Source of the DNA: Sarea resinae
Lineage: Eukaryota
DNA: 64,000 bases
Direction: 5' to 3'
Assembly: GCA_026026165.1 (NCBI GenBank)
Contig: JAPEUD010000027.1
Location: 124,001 to 188,000, forward strand
The notes beneath the pieces were generated by a model, which saw nothing but the letters and a program-made list of their open reading frames with translations, made no database searches and had not been told where the DNA came from. Made by a program: the position numbers and the translations under genes. Below are positions 1 to 13,704 of the stretch, one piece after another. Every line of letters starts with the position of its first letter. The first letter of the stretch is position 1.

Positions 1-783
1 GTTGCCAAGGCCGACACTCTCAGCCCTGCTGACCTTGCCCGATTCAAGCAGAGGGTATACGAAACAACACCCCTTGCAAGGAGCGAAGTTGCTAACACTC
101 ATGCAGATCCGAGCTGTCGTCGAAGCGCAAGGCATCAAGATCTACCAACCACCAGTCGAGGAGGATGACGAGGCCGCCGCCCAACATGCTCGCAGTCTGA
201 TGGCTGCCATGCCTTTTGCTGTCATTGGATCCGAGAAGGACGTAAAGACCGGTGACGGGCGCATCGTCAAGGGCCGACAATACTCGTGGGGCGTGGCCGA
301 GGTCGAGAACGAAGACCATTGCGACTTCAAGAAGGTCCGCTCGATCCTGATCCGCACGCACATGCTCGACCTTATCCACACGACCGAGGAGCAGCACTAC
401 GAGGCGTACCGCGCGCAGCAGATGGAGACGCGGAAATTTGGCGAGGCCCGCCCCAGGAAGCTCGACAACCCCAAGTTCAAGGAAGAGGAGGAGAACCTAC
501 GCAAGCGCTTCACAGAACAGGTCAAGGTCGAGGAGCACCGATTCAGACAGTGGGAGCAGAAGCTGATCGCCGAGAGAGATCGTCTCAACAAGGATCTCGA
601 GAGCACTCATGCTGCGTATGTCTTTCCCCTTTCCGTTTTCCTTTTGATGGCACCATCGATATCTTCCCGGCTCTCACACTTTGTTGAAAACCTACTAATG
701 CCTCATATAGGATCAAGAACCTCGAGAACGAATTGGAGCAGATGCAAGGCAGTGCCATGCGCAGCCACGGCCGAGGTCGTTAA
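1..783 (+). CDS. CDC12: Septin, Cdc12/AspC type (5'-truncated; exons ~1-54, 107-615, 711-783)
   Basis: G4 motif VAKAD, septin-unique GRQYSWGVAEVENEDHCDF, C-terminal coiled coil. GT-AG introns 55-106 and 616-710 restore the end ...HAAIKNLENELEQMQGSAMRSHGRGR*. Confidence 0.92.
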
Positions 784-1936
784 TCGTATTCTAATACTTC
801 AGAGGCCCAAAAAAAGATGCGTTGAGAAACGGAGGCTCGCGTGGAGGGAAGGGATAGCAGAGCAGAGCTTATGCTGCGACAGTCAAAAGGGCAGGAGAGT
901 CATGCGAACCTGTGCCGTACTGGGAGGTGGATTGCTAGCTGGCACTTTTTCTCTCGAGCTGTGGAGGGGACAGGGAAGGGGAGGGGAGGGGAAGGGAGGA
1001 AAGCGACTCCTCCAGACGGCCTCCCTTCGTCGAGTTGTTTTCTACCGATGGTGCTATTTTCTTTTGTTGTTTCAGGCTCCCTTCTTGAACTTTCGCGCGA
1101 CAAACGTGTTAGCGGTGTTGTTGTTATTCTAAAGATTATTTTAACTCCTATACCTATACCTATCACTTCCCTTCCTACCGCACCTTGGATGCAGAGAGCT
1201 TAGATGTGATGTGATGATGATATTCAAAACGCCGAGCTACTCGTATCTTGCTTTCTTCAGACTTGGGATTTGGATCTTGGATTTGGGTTTAAATTCATTC
1301 TTATTACTCTCGGACCACGTAGACTGCATAAAAGCCTGCATGCATTTCATATCTATTCTGTAGAAGAGAATATTCGAGCCAGGGAGGTATGAGCTCTTTG
1401 GCTTGGCTTGGCCTGGCTTGGCTTGTATTTTATTGTATTTGATACCAATGATGAATTTCGTCCTGCGTAAAGTCGCTGCAATTCGACTCCCTCGGTGTTA
1501 CACCCTCTCTCCCCCCCTCTCCCTCTCTCACTATTTCTCTCTCCTGCTCACGCTTACACTTTTTGGTTGTCGGTGCGTTTGACTGTGACTGCTTTCGACT
1601 GCTTTTGAGGAGGACAAGAGGATAGGAAGGAATGGGTTAGGAGGGGGGTGTTGACAGGCTCGACTCCCCCATCACCCCCCAAAACAAACGCAATCATCGT
1701 GCGCGATCTCTCGGGCAGCAAAGTATGCAATTATTTGCAGGATGAAGACCCTTGGTTGCTTGGTTGCTTTGCTTGCCTCAGAACACGAGAGCCTGCATGA
1801 TGAAATCTCCCAAGTGAAGAAGACGAAGCGTAAACAATGATGAATGTCTTCTCGCTGCCCAGATGATCGTCAACGCCCCCACCATTACTCCACCCTCTGC
1901 CCTTTTATCGCGGAATTCATCTTCCTTGCTCTCCCT

Positions 1937-2888
1937 CTATTGATCCTGCGTATAGCCCTCATCTTTGTGTATAGTCTCTACATCATCCAGGCGCTCACTC
2001 TCGCCATTCAAACCAGACCACTTGGGCTTGCCGTCGGGGATATCCATGACGCGCTGCGAGTAGAACATGTGACATTTGGGGTCGAACTTCATGCGGTCAT
2101 CGCGGCTCTTGAAGTGGATCAGCGACGGGAAAAGCAGGATCATGTTGCGGCCTTCGTCCATGATCGGCGAATGGCAGTACGAACACCGCACTTTGCAGGG
2201 CAGCTTGTGGCGCGTCGTCTTCTCCGACGGATCGTACCATTCGAGACTGTGATGGCCGTGCGTGAAGTTGATGTCGGATTTGTGGAAGATGGCCGCCCAT
2301 TGGAACGGCGCGGCTGGTTTGCGTTAGCTTTGATTAAGCAAGCCTAAGACATATACACAAGAGAGATGCTTCAAGAGCGCATATCGGAGAAGTTCCGTAA
2401 GGAAGAAGCTATAGAAGAGAGCCACAGTCGAGACACGCGAGGGCAGGGCAAGAATACACACCATGCTGCGTCTGACATGTAGTACAATGGCACAATTTCG
2501 AGTCCAGAGGCTTTTCCCGACTGAGCTGATACTTGACGCCGCCACAATGACAGCTGGCCTCGTAACGCACCGGGAACTCATCCGACGAGGTGTGGATCGA
2601 ATAGGGTGGACGCATCTTCCAGTCGTCATTGGGGGCCGCGGTGGTCTCCTGGGCGTCAGACGTTGCGTGTGTGGGTGCCTTTCCCATGGTGGCGGTTGTA
2701 GAAGTGGTGCTGAAGAAGGACGAGGGAGGGGGTAAATTGTGGTTGTTGTTGGGATTGTTGATGAAAACGGGCGGGGCCTGTGGGAGATGGAGTAATGGTG
2801 ATGATGGTGAGAAGTATCTCGATGTTGATGAGAAGATTCCAAATCTACACGCTTGACGACGGGTCGAGAGACGAAGCAAAGTAGCCAT
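1937..2888 (-). CDS. GFA/CENP-V (Mss4-like) zinc-binding protein; two in-frame ATGs (2888, 2687), one intron ~2314-2461
   Basis: ASCHCGGV...CHCTTCQTQH|AAPFQWAAIF...RCSYCHSPIMDEG...HMFYSQRVMDIPDGKPKW matches the GFA Cys pattern. Confidence 0.85.
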
Positions 2889-3650
2889 ACGAGTGTGAAG
2901 ACGCAGTCAACGATCAATCATCAACATAGACATCAATAGTCAATTGGAATGGGGCGCGTCGAGGGTGAAATGGTTGCGCTGAGGATTTATTTCTACGTCA
3001 GGAAATGATGGAAAGTCAATCGGACGATGCCAATGATGCCAGCATCATCACTCGGTCGCGTCGCCCGCAACGGGTCAATGCTTACTCGTCATGACAGGAT
3101 GATTCCATCTCGTCGTCATGACGGTTGACAGGCGACGGGCGACGGCTATCTTCCCCATGGAATCATTCACCGCTCGATCGATGCTCTACAAGGGATCGCA
3201 CATTGGAGGTCATATCGATGATCGGAATAGCCGCATCTCATCGGCCTTGATTTCACTTTCATCTGGTCTTCGACTCATTATCGATAGGGAGCATCGCAAG
3301 TACTGCCCGAGCACTTCCAATCCGTGCACGGGACCTTGCATCCATGGATGACATCAATGCCTTACGCCCAAGTACCTTCCATTATGAAGTACACCGTGAC
3401 GTCGTCATCTCCCGCTTCCATTCGGGACCACCGACCCATCGACACTACCTGAGGTAACTCCTTTCGTAGCTCAGCCCAGGTCACCTTCACTCCAGCTTGG
3501 AGCTTGGAAGCCCTGGACGGCAGGTGCCCGGCGGTCACTACAGGCCGTGTACTTCGTAATCCGTCGCTGATCACCACAGCTCGTGTACGAAGTACTTCGG
3601 ACCGAGTCACATCGTCCTGAATCTACCACCACGCGAGCACGCGACGCGAC

Positions 3651-6600
3651 TCAAATGTCGTGTCTATCGGTTTTACTGCTCAATTCTCCCATCTCTGCCA
3701 GCACCCTGCGCGCGTCTCCTGGCCCATAGCCGTAGACATTGATCAGAAAGTCAAGCCTGCCGTCGTTCGTCAGCATCGCTGTATACTTTTTCGTCGAGGG
3801 TGATGACCTGGCGGCCCACTTACTTGGCTTCGTCGGCAAGCCTCTGCTTGACCTCCTCAAAGCGCTGTTCGCACCGCTGCCATGCCACCACTCGTCGTTT
3901 GGGAGAGATCGTCTTGATCCGCATCTTAAACGAGCCGCTGACCGGTCGATGATCGGACACGCGTACTTCATGCCGTCGGTAATCCACCTGCTTGAGCCGA
4001 CCGATGCCTCGATATAGTAACCGATCGCACCAAGCCGGAGCTCTCTTCTTCTCGCTCGAGTCGTAATTATCCGTCCCGACATCGTACTTGTATGTAGGAG
4101 CAAAGGTGATGGGAGATTCGATGAAGCCCCGAAGCCGAAAGCCCGGATTCTTCTTTCGCGACAGTAAGAGCTGGTCGCGCTCGAGAAGCTTGGTCAGTTT
4201 CTTCTGCTTCACTGCGTCGATGACGGTATCTCGACCCATGGTATCGATCCGATAATTGAGATCTCCATTGAGGATGCACATCTCGTGATCCAATATCATC
4301 GTCCCATCACCTCCGCCGACGAACATGTCCGTCCGAGAGGCTGGATCTCGTTCGGCTGGTAGCGCCGCCGTTTCGAGAATGGCAGCAAGGTCGTTGTTTC
4401 GATGAATTGTCTGCGTCTGTCCAGCAGCTAGATGACAATTCACAAAGCATAGAGAGCTATCATCTAATATAAATCGCATGATCAGAGCACCCTGGTTGAA
4501 CGGTCAGCCAATGTGAGGTTCCAGTCGGGCGAGAGACGAACCTTGTTCCCATGCAAGCCTCCCATTCCGCGCTTGACTTCGGCCGCGCAGACGTTACGGA
4601 CTTTGTCACGCTCGGAGGCTTTGACGAACACGCAGGTGAACAAGCCTACCATACTTGCCGTGTGAAGAAGATGATAGGTCTCATGCAGTGGCATGAAATC
4701 TTCGATGCAGCGTGCGAGGTAGTCGCGCCAAGCCCGGTATTGCCGGCTCATGTGCTCTTGATCGGCTGGGTCCTTTTTCTTGCCCTTGAAAAGGCTCTCT
4801 GTGACTCGTCAGTAAGATCAGACACAATGGAAGTGGTAGACTGACTAGCTGTGAGTTTCTTATTCTCAAGATCCACGAGTTCCTGGAAGCCAAAAACAAG
4901 GATATCCGGAGGATCTTCAGGCTGAAAGACGTCCCGGAAGAATTGCGCATCTCGTTGTTCACTTTTCAAACTGCCAGGTTTTGCAGCCCCAGCATTCCAG
5001 GTGACCACGGTAGCCTTGACCTCTCTGAAATCGCAGAAGTCTACATCATGCTGCTGCATTTCCGATTCTGTTTTTGAAAAAGTAAACACCCAAAGCATTT
5101 CAGATCGAATGGTTACACTTACCAAGCCAATCATCCCGGAGCATACCGTCCCAGATCCGAATCGCGTTGTCCGTTCCCAAAGAGGCCACCTGCAAGCGAT
5201 CGATGGTGAGAATGCTACTTCGATCTACCAAGACGCTCGCCACCGGATTGTCGTGTGCATGCCAATCCTTCTTCACGACCCAAGGCTGGCTCCTGGTATC
5301 GTAGACGTATATCATGCCTGTCTTGTATGCAGCCCACAAATAATCGCCGACTCCGGTTAGAGAATTGATTTTGTATAAGCTGACGTTGACAATTTCGAGA
5401 CAAGAGTAGTCTGCTCGAGAGTACACAGTGACTTTTCCGTCAACGTGTCCAAAGTAAACTCTGTCTGGTTGGCTGCTGATGATTGCTCCGGATGTGACTT
5501 CACCAACGTTAGGTTGGCTAAGAGGCCGCTGTAAGACCTGAAAGGCTGTGCTTGATTTATAGCTCGGTTGAAACACTCTGATGTCTTTGCCTGTAGCCAG
5601 CCAGAGAAGACTGCCAACGACTAGCGAGAAGGTGTGTCCACGCGGAACGCGGAAGGTTGAAGGGGTATACTTCAGATCAGGAATTCCGGTTTCATCTGGA
5701 GGCCAGACGTACAAACTGCCTTCATCGTCCAATGACCACATCTCATTTGCGTGACGATATATCTTCATCACCTCCTTCCGTGTGTGCGCGCTTCCCTTGC
5801 TGGCCACTGTGCTCTGGCTCGGGATATCAATCTCCTGGATCTCTCCCGCATTTGTACCAAGCCACAGGCGTTTCCCTTCATCCTCGAGGCTAGCTGCCGG
5901 TTTGAACGCCAAAGCGGTCACTTTGACTGTCTCGCCGTGGCTGATACTCATCACTGGCTCTCCTGTCAACACGTTCCATACTCGGGTAAGGAAGCCAGTA
6001 GTGCAGACGTATTCCCCACAGATATCGAAAAGTTTAGTCTCATATTTCGTAGGAATTTCTTGTGGTCCGTAGTTGAAACAGGGGCGTCGCCTATTCGCTT
6101 GGGAAGAATCAGGATAGTCCGTCAGGGCAGGCGCGGCTCCATCCAAACCAGATCCTACTTCATCGGAGTCATCCGCATAGGATGACCCCTCTGGTCGTTG
6201 CAAAGAGAGACTCGACCTTGATACGTTCGAAGCGGCGGAGAAGGACCTTTCAGCGCCAAGCGTCCTTGGAGCTTGGCCGAGAGAAGATCCGAGATGGATC
6301 CCAGAAGTGAAATTTCGCTTTGGAGGGGCCATTAAATTTGACGTGGAGGCCGCGATAAGTGCTGGAGATGGCCTAGAAGCATCAAGAGAGTGTCTCGGTG
6401 GTAGTTCTGCCGGAGGTGGAAGAAGTGGTTTTGCCGCTCTTGCCTCCATTGCGCTCACATCGCGTCTGGGTGGTAAGCCGGGCCGAGCTTCGGGTGCATG
6501 GCTTGTGACGCTGCGAGTCATGACGTGAGGCCGTTGTCTCGCGGCAGGTAGACTTGGAGATCGTGCTGTCGCATGAGAGGCCTGCATACGTCGCATATCA

Positions 6601-7613
6601 GCTACAGAATGATGGACTGGCGGTGGTTCGAAGTGCGACTCTGGAACGCCGGGTGATGCTTTTATCTTGCCCCTGGTTAGTATATTAGGACGTGGCGGCG
6701 TTTCATCATCATGCCCATCCTCGCTGCTCGGGGGTGTGCTAAAGGGGGATACCCTTTCGTCTGACGAGTTCGGGACCTTGCTTGACAGTAAGGCATCCGG
6801 GGGAGCTTTCATGGCAATAGAAGGGGGTTTAATTGGAACTTTGGGCTTATCTGCCCGATTGACCGGTGGTGGAACGGAAATACTTTTATTCGTCGCATCT
6901 CTAAATGCAAATGAGCATCGTCGTGGATCTCCCATGTGGTCCTGAGAATCTGTAGATTGGGTAAAGGACGTTCTGTTGCTTGGCATTGTGACTTGACTTT
7001 GGCCTCTAACGTGATGAACAGAGCGGGGATGAGGAGAATTGCTCCTTAATCCTACCGGAGTAAGGGATCCACTTCCTAGAGATCCTTCGGACGAGGGTGG
7101 TGTAGCTTTGATGGCGAGAGTTTTAGGGGGGGAGGTGGGCGTTTCGATCATAACTTTAGGAGGAGAGCGAGTAGGGGTGAGAGGGCCCATAGAAAGAGGG
7201 CCCATAGAAAGAGGCCTCTGTCGCGGACTAGAGCTCGGACTAGCATCGTGGGCGAAGCGCTCAGTAGGGTTGAAAGAAGGGCGTAAGCTGGCTTGGGGTG
7301 TACTGGTCTGAGGCTTCTCGGGTGCATCCCAAAGTTGTTCTCTTCGCGGGAGATCCAGAGAAACCCGACCTATCGACCTTACAGGCGGCTCTTCGAGTCT
7401 GTCGGACTGCTGTGGACGAACCCTGGGAGAGCTTTCTCTCGATGGTGCTGGGCTTATTGGGGGCTTTAGATTGGCAATGTTTTCGAAGTGTGATCGCAAC
7501 GAGGACACTGGCTTCTATGAGAGCGTGCGAATCAGTAGATGCTAGGACACAATAGTCTTCAGGAGGCTTACGATGGAGGAGCCATCCGTGTTGTCTTCTG
7601 TTGCACTGTCCAT
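3651..7613 (-). CDS. Inositol polyphosphate 5-phosphatase (Pro/Ser-rich N-terminus, beta-propeller-like region, IPPc domain); multi-exon
   Basis: Motifs VTWNAG, FGFQELVDL, FVNCHLAAGQ, NGDLNYRID, PAWCDRLLY, SDHRPV. First exon MDSATEDNTDGSSI (7613-7572) splices onto KPVSSLRSHF. Confidence 0.92.
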
Positions 7614-9010
7614 TTCGACATTTGTCTAGAGCTAGTTGGCTCTCTCAACGACGCGCGGCTTGGCAGATCTAATCGCAGGCCCGCTGGAGGCGCTGCATAA
7701 GAGAAGATTGTATTGTATGGCCACAAGGCGTGCTTCTATGAGCCGCACAATGCAGCCATGGAAAAGAAGACCCTCCTTCAAGCGCCAGGGAGGATGGACC
7801 TTGGGCGCTGTCAATCAAAAGACACGGCGGGATTATCCGCCCGCCGGTGATGCTTGAGATGCTGGCGTCGCCACAAATAGTCCCGTGGAAGACGGTCTGA
7901 CCAAGGCTACAGATCTGTCCGATGTTGGCGATCCAAGTGCAGCAGGCGTGCTCGAGATGAGTTTTTGTTCAGGCAAAGTCGTGAGAGCAGTCTGGAGATG
8001 CAGAACCAAAGGAGACGATGCAGTGGGGGTATCCGAGTATCGTAAGTGGAAGTTGAGGGCGATATGTGTACGGAAAGAGCAAGCAAAGATATGGGAATGC
8101 GAGCGATTGTAGGAGAGAGTGGTAAGGGAATTGCGATGAGCGATCAGCAAGTCAGTGAGTGAGTGAGTGAATGTGCGAAAGTGCGAAAGGCCGTGAGGCG
8201 GTGATTTGATTTGGTGGATTATACGACGAGTACGCCTACGAGGCCTACGACAGCCTACCCAGCCATACGTTGAATTATTACTACTATGTACTCGGATCGA
8301 TACTCCTACGGGAGCTTTGTTCCCCAGCTTTACGAGTACCGCCAGGACAGCCCAGTGCACGTCCCTCAGCCAACGTCGGGCGGCCTGACTCGCGATCCAT
8401 CTGATACATCTGACACTCGTACTTCGTGCATCTGAGACAAGTCCTCTCAACCCAAAATTAAGCGCAGATCCGTGTCTTGGTATCGGGGCGGAGTCACTCG
8501 ACATCTGAGACAGCCGACTACATAGTATGTTGTCGTGAAGCCTCCTATATTGCACATCGCACATCGCACATCGCACATCTCCAGCGTCTCCTCAGAGTGT
8601 GCCAATCGATGGCACATTGTGGTATCGTGGAGATGTTCCCGGAAGCCTCGTAAAGCTGGTGTGGTGTGAAGTGCTCGTTCTTGAATATGATCTACTCCGG
8701 AGTATTCCCTCGCGACTTTCTGCCGTGGAAGGTGCCAGGGACCTCGAAAAAGACCCTGGAAGAAATTGGATGTTGAGACGAGAGCTGGAGGCGTGATGCA
8801 CTGTAGGCACTGGGTACAAAGTATACATGGAAGCGTACCTTTTCTCTGGCGTGCACAAAGTAGCTCTCGAGTCTCGATCCACGCTTTATCGCGTTTATCG
8901 CCTGTCGGTACATAGCACACTGTCTGGTCAGTCGGAACTGAGAAGCTTCCTCCCCGCCATATCTAGATGACCTATTTGCCCCTCAAGTCCTCTTTGAATC
9001 GCCCTGAAAG

Positions 9011-9716
9011 ATGTGGTGCGTCTGACTGCTACATTCCTGTCCTTCGCACAGAAGAGCTCACCATGTTTCAATAGCAAGCACGTTCTCAACGCGCAAGTCT
9101 CTATCCGCTCGCCATGCTGTACGTCCTATCAGTTGGACCTGAACCCCCACTTGTTGCAGTATTAGTATCTCACACCGAACCCAAATATCACTTTGCAGGC
9201 AAGAAATGGTTCGACTGTGCCGAGTGTCACCGCGAGCAGGAGAACCATCCTCTGTTGCAAACGTTTGACATGGTAAACCTTATCCTCTTCGGACGGGTTC
9301 CGCCCAAGACTAGGTGCTAATCCACAGGGCCCGCCCTACAGACTTTTGCATGTAAGAAATGCAAGAAGTGTTTCCGCAAAAATGCACAAGAATTCGAGGA
9401 GAGGTTAGAGAAGCCCCACCTAGCCTCATGAAAGCGAGTCACCTGGAGAAACAAGCCTGTTGACGGAAGATTCAGCGACGAATACTGCCCACACTGTGAC
9501 AACCACTTTGTGATCGATGCTCTGACGCCGAAGCCATCCTTAAAGGTCGAGGGCGAGGATGCGCGTGTGGATAACCGGTTAGTCCCGACGATACTCGGAC
9601 TCTCACACTTGGAATGCACTAATAGAACCCAAAGGATGTTGAAGGATGAACGGCAACGGCAGGAAGATTTACGCACGATATTCGATGTCAAAGATGCTCC
9701 GGACCGACTTGGATGA
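9011..9716 (+). CDS. Small CHY-type zinc finger protein (6 exons, 5-nt first coding exon)
   Basis: Spliced product MCKHVLNAQVSIRSPCCKKWFDCAECHREQENH...FACKKCKKCF...YCPHCDNHF...; five GT-AG introns. Confidence 0.85.
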
Positions 9717-10289
9717 AAACACTGATACTTTTGCATCTCCAATTTCGGTTCTCACAGTCAGCTTGAGAGCGTTGCTTTCTTTTTGTTCACAGATTTCCTC
9801 AATCTGGACAGTTGCTTGTTACTTGGCAAGAGCTTCAGGGGGGTTTCTGGTGTCGTCACAGCACTTTGCATTGAGCGTCATGACTGGCTGATGCCCATAG
9901 CCTATTCTACATGTATAAGCATCACACTCATCTTGGTTTTCGGAGCAATTTGGAACAACAAAAACCGGCGTCAATCTAGCGAGCAAGATAAATCATCGAT
10001 TCTTGGACACTCCGCTCTCTCAGCGACATATTGAGGTAGAGCAACTGCTTTGGCTGAGTGAGGCAATCACTTTGTCAGCACTGCTGAATAAAGCGGATCA
10101 ATTGACTATCCGTATGACTCGGTTTTCCTTGCACGATGTTGCAAAGTTGAAGCCGGGGTTTTACGCGAAAGGTGATGCCCTAGTTGTAGAATACAGATGC
10201 TCTATGATTACTCGGTGGGAAGCTCATACGCCAGGCTCCACAATCCTCAAAAGTCTGCTCTCCCTCCATCCGTCCTCAGACTCAGACGA

Positions 10290-11310
10290 TCACTCGCCAC
10301 CTGGTCGCGTCAGGATCGCAGCAGTACCGGTCCCGGGGGTACGGCCGGTCTTCTTCTTCGCAGCCTCCTCCTGCTTCTCAGCCTCAATGTTTTTCACGTA
10401 CGACTCGATGTCTTCAACCGGTAGCATCTCGACCGTCTTTCCAGGCGCCATGATGGCAATTTCGATGTTCTTCGCTCCCGTCTGCACGACCTCAAGTAAT
10501 GACTTGACGGTCAACTTGATAGTCTCTTCCCTATCCATGTCGTCTTTGTAATTTCTCTCCAAGAATTCTCGTACGGTCTTGCTGGATCTACCAATGGCAT
10601 TGGCTTTCCTATAGAAATAATCAGCGGGTATCCTGCCAGCTACACGGATTGAAAAGCCCTACCATGCAGAGTAGATTCCCGAGGGCTCCGTCTGATATAG
10701 CCTCGGAACATTATCGCCCTTGTCAAACCCAACAATCAAGGTGCTGATCCCAAATGGTCGCACACCACCACTCTGGGTGTATCTCTGCTGCACCCCCGCA
10801 ACATACTTTGTGATGTATTCGATGGTGACGGGATCCTCAACAGTCAACCGGTGGGACTGAGCTTCTATTCGAGCCTTGTCGATGAGTATGCGGGCGTCGG
10901 CGTTTAGACCCGCGAAAGCCAGGCACACATGGGTGTCAATGAGACCAATCTTTGACGGTGTAATTCGGGTATCCTGAAGCTTCATAGCGGACCGTTTTTC
11001 GCAGCCCAATACGACTATATCCTTGCCCTTCACTCCCACCGCGCAGGTTCCTATATCTCGTCAATTGCGGGTTGATATTTGATCTTGAAGTCCAGAATCA
11101 CCTCGTTTGACAGCTTCTAGTGCATATTCAACCTGAAAGACATGTCCATCCGGACTGCAGCACATCAGATATTAGACTTGCAAAAACGCTTGAAGCTTGC
11201 GAAAGCGCCCGGCATACCTGAACACTACAGCACGTTAGCTCCCTGGATTGTGGTCGCGAAGCAATGGGGAAGCACATACCAGACAACGCTCTGTCGTAAC
11301 CCGAGGCCAT
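10290..11310 (-). CDS. PRE6: 20S proteasome subunit alpha-4
   Basis: [39 protein letters not shown]..., [34 protein letters not shown]; includes a 7-nt micro-exon. Confidence 0.95.
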
Positions 11311-11798
11311 GGCGAGATAGAGGTAGAGATGCAGAGAAGGCTAGAACGAATGCTTCTGGAGAACGTCTCTGAGGAGGCCAGGACGGTTTGTGAACAACGG
11401 GCTGGTTGGGGTCAGTATCTGAGGTAGTCGAGGTGAGGTAAGGCAGGTAGGTCGAGCAGAGGCAAGGTAGGTAGGTACTTTCGTCACCTGGAGCTTCGTG
11501 TGTTCTGTCTGCCTGCTCCTGCGTACTGTATCCATCCACACGCGGCTCAGCGAGCTCGAACGTCCCAGCGGGTGATGACTAAGATTGTACGGCAAGTGCC
11601 GTCGCCCCCAGACGCAAGAGCTGGAGATCATGGAAACGGTATGATAATCCGTTGGTGCAGACACCACTCCGAATTATTTACTACCCAGCATCCGACACCG
11701 GCGCTTTGCCTCTCTGCGTTGGAGTGCCTTTTTGGGGGGGCGATTTTCTACGCCTGACTTCCTTCTTCATGTTTATATACTGATTGTCTAGCATTAAT

Positions 11799-13704
11799 AT
11801 GGCTTGCCGTTCAAGACTTGGTTTGGCGATTCGCAGGGCGGCCTTCTCGCGCCCCGCATATGCCCACGCGGCGCCACAATTTGTGCCTGTGTCACAGCTA
11901 AGATGGAGCTCTTCTGCGACGACGGAACCACATCAACCCGACGCTGAGGGCACTACAAAGGGCGCAGCCAGTCCTTCAAAAGCTATTGCTTATACTACGG
12001 AATCGTATGTCAAAATACCATCTCCTTACTCTCCTGTAGAGCAAGTCCCGCTAATATGCCTTCGGCCTAGCTATCCTGAAATCAAGCGGGACTCGAGATT
12101 TTGTCAGGTACGTGTAACAGCGAAGGAGGCAAATGACTTGATCAAGGCTTACATGCGCTCATGAAGCTTACGGATGCTCATGTGAAACACTTCAAAGATC
12201 TGCTTGGAACAGAGTCGGCCATTATTGATGGTGTTTCCCATGACGCAACGGATGATATCGAACCCTTCAATAGCGACTGGATGCGCAAATACCGGGGTCA
12301 CGCAAAGCTTGTACTGAAACCGCAGTCGACAGAGGAAGTGTCTAAGATACTGAAATACTGCAATGAAAACAAATTGGCTGTGGTGCCGCAGGGTGGGAAC
12401 ACGGGGCTTGTGGGGGGCTCTGTGCCAGTCTTCGACGAAATCGTGATCAACATGTCGCGAATGCATAATATAAGGTCCTTTGATGAGGTGAGTGGGATTC
12501 TGGTGGCTGATGCAGGCTGCATATTAGAAGTAGCGGATCATTATCTCGCGGAGAGGGATCATATGTTCCCGTTGGACCTGGGCGCAAAAGGTTCTTGTCA
12601 TATTGGCGGGAATGTCGCCACCAACGCCGGAGGGTTGCGATTGCTGCGATACGGAAGCTTGCATGGCAATGTTCTGGGTATTGAGGCAGTCTTGCCCGAT
12701 GGTACTATCGTTGATGACCTCTCTAAATTACGGAAGAACAATACTGGCTATGACCTGAAGCAGCTATTCATTGGGGCCGAGGGAACCATTGGGATCATTA
12801 CCGGCGTCTCGATACTGTGCCCACAAAGATCGAAAGCAGTCAATGTTGCCTTTTTCGGCTTGGAAAATTTCGAGAAGGTCCAGAAGGCGTTCCGAGAAGC
12901 CAAAGGGCATTTATCAGAAATTCTCTCCGCGTTTGAGCTCATGGATAGCCACAGCCAAGATCTTGTCCACAGAGTCACAGGAAAGAAGAGACCACTCGAA
13001 GGCGAGCATCCATTTTATTGTCTAATTGAAACAAGCGGCTCAGACTCAGAACATGACAATGAAGTAAGTTTCTGCGTACACTCTTGTTTCTGCTACCATT
13101 CTGACACACCGCTTCAAAGAAATTAGAGCGATTTCTCGAGCATGTCATGGGCGAAGAGATCGTTTCCGATGGTGTCCTGGCTCAGGACGAAACGCAGATC
13201 CGTTCGCTTTGGTCATGGCGAGAGGGCATTCCGGAATGTTTAGGGCATTGGGGTGGCGTGTACAAATACGATCTTTCCATCCCGCTCCCCGAGCTTTACA
13301 AGCTTGTTGAGGAGACGAGGGAGCGTCTGACTTCCGCCGGCCTGGTCGGCAATGACGACAAATTCCCCGTCGTCGGTGTGGTTGGGTATGGCCATATGGG
13401 AGACTCAAATTTACATCTCAATATTGCAACAAGGCGATTCGACAAACAGGTCGAAAAACAATTGGAGCCTTTTGTATATGAATGGACGGCGAAGCGGAAC
13501 GGAAGTGTTAGCGCCGAGCACGGCTTGGGACTTGCCAAGAAGGCGTACATTGGCTACAGTCGCAGTGAGACCATGGTGGGCCTGATGAAGCAGATCAAGA
13601 ATCTCTATGATCCAGTAAGTCGTGTTGCCACTGCCCCCTATTGAGGTGAAGGTTACTGATGCATGAAGTAGAATGGTATCATGAACCCGTACAAATATAT
13701 CTGA
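11799..13704 (+). CDS. DLD2: Mitochondrial FAD-linked D-2-hydroxyglutarate/D-lactate dehydrogenase (Dld2/Aip2 family)
   Basis: Presequence-like N-terminus; [56 protein letters not shown]; ends [10 protein letters not shown]. Confidence 0.92.

Noticed and set aside
2..1132. 376-aa ORF as the septin protein
   Set aside because: It reads through two introns and the 3' UTR; the spliced model ends at 783.
7833..8920. Several 70-250-aa ORFs between the 5-phosphatase and CHY genes
   Set aside because: No motifs or consistent splice model; includes a (GCACATC)n microsatellite; likely divergent promoter/UTR DNA.
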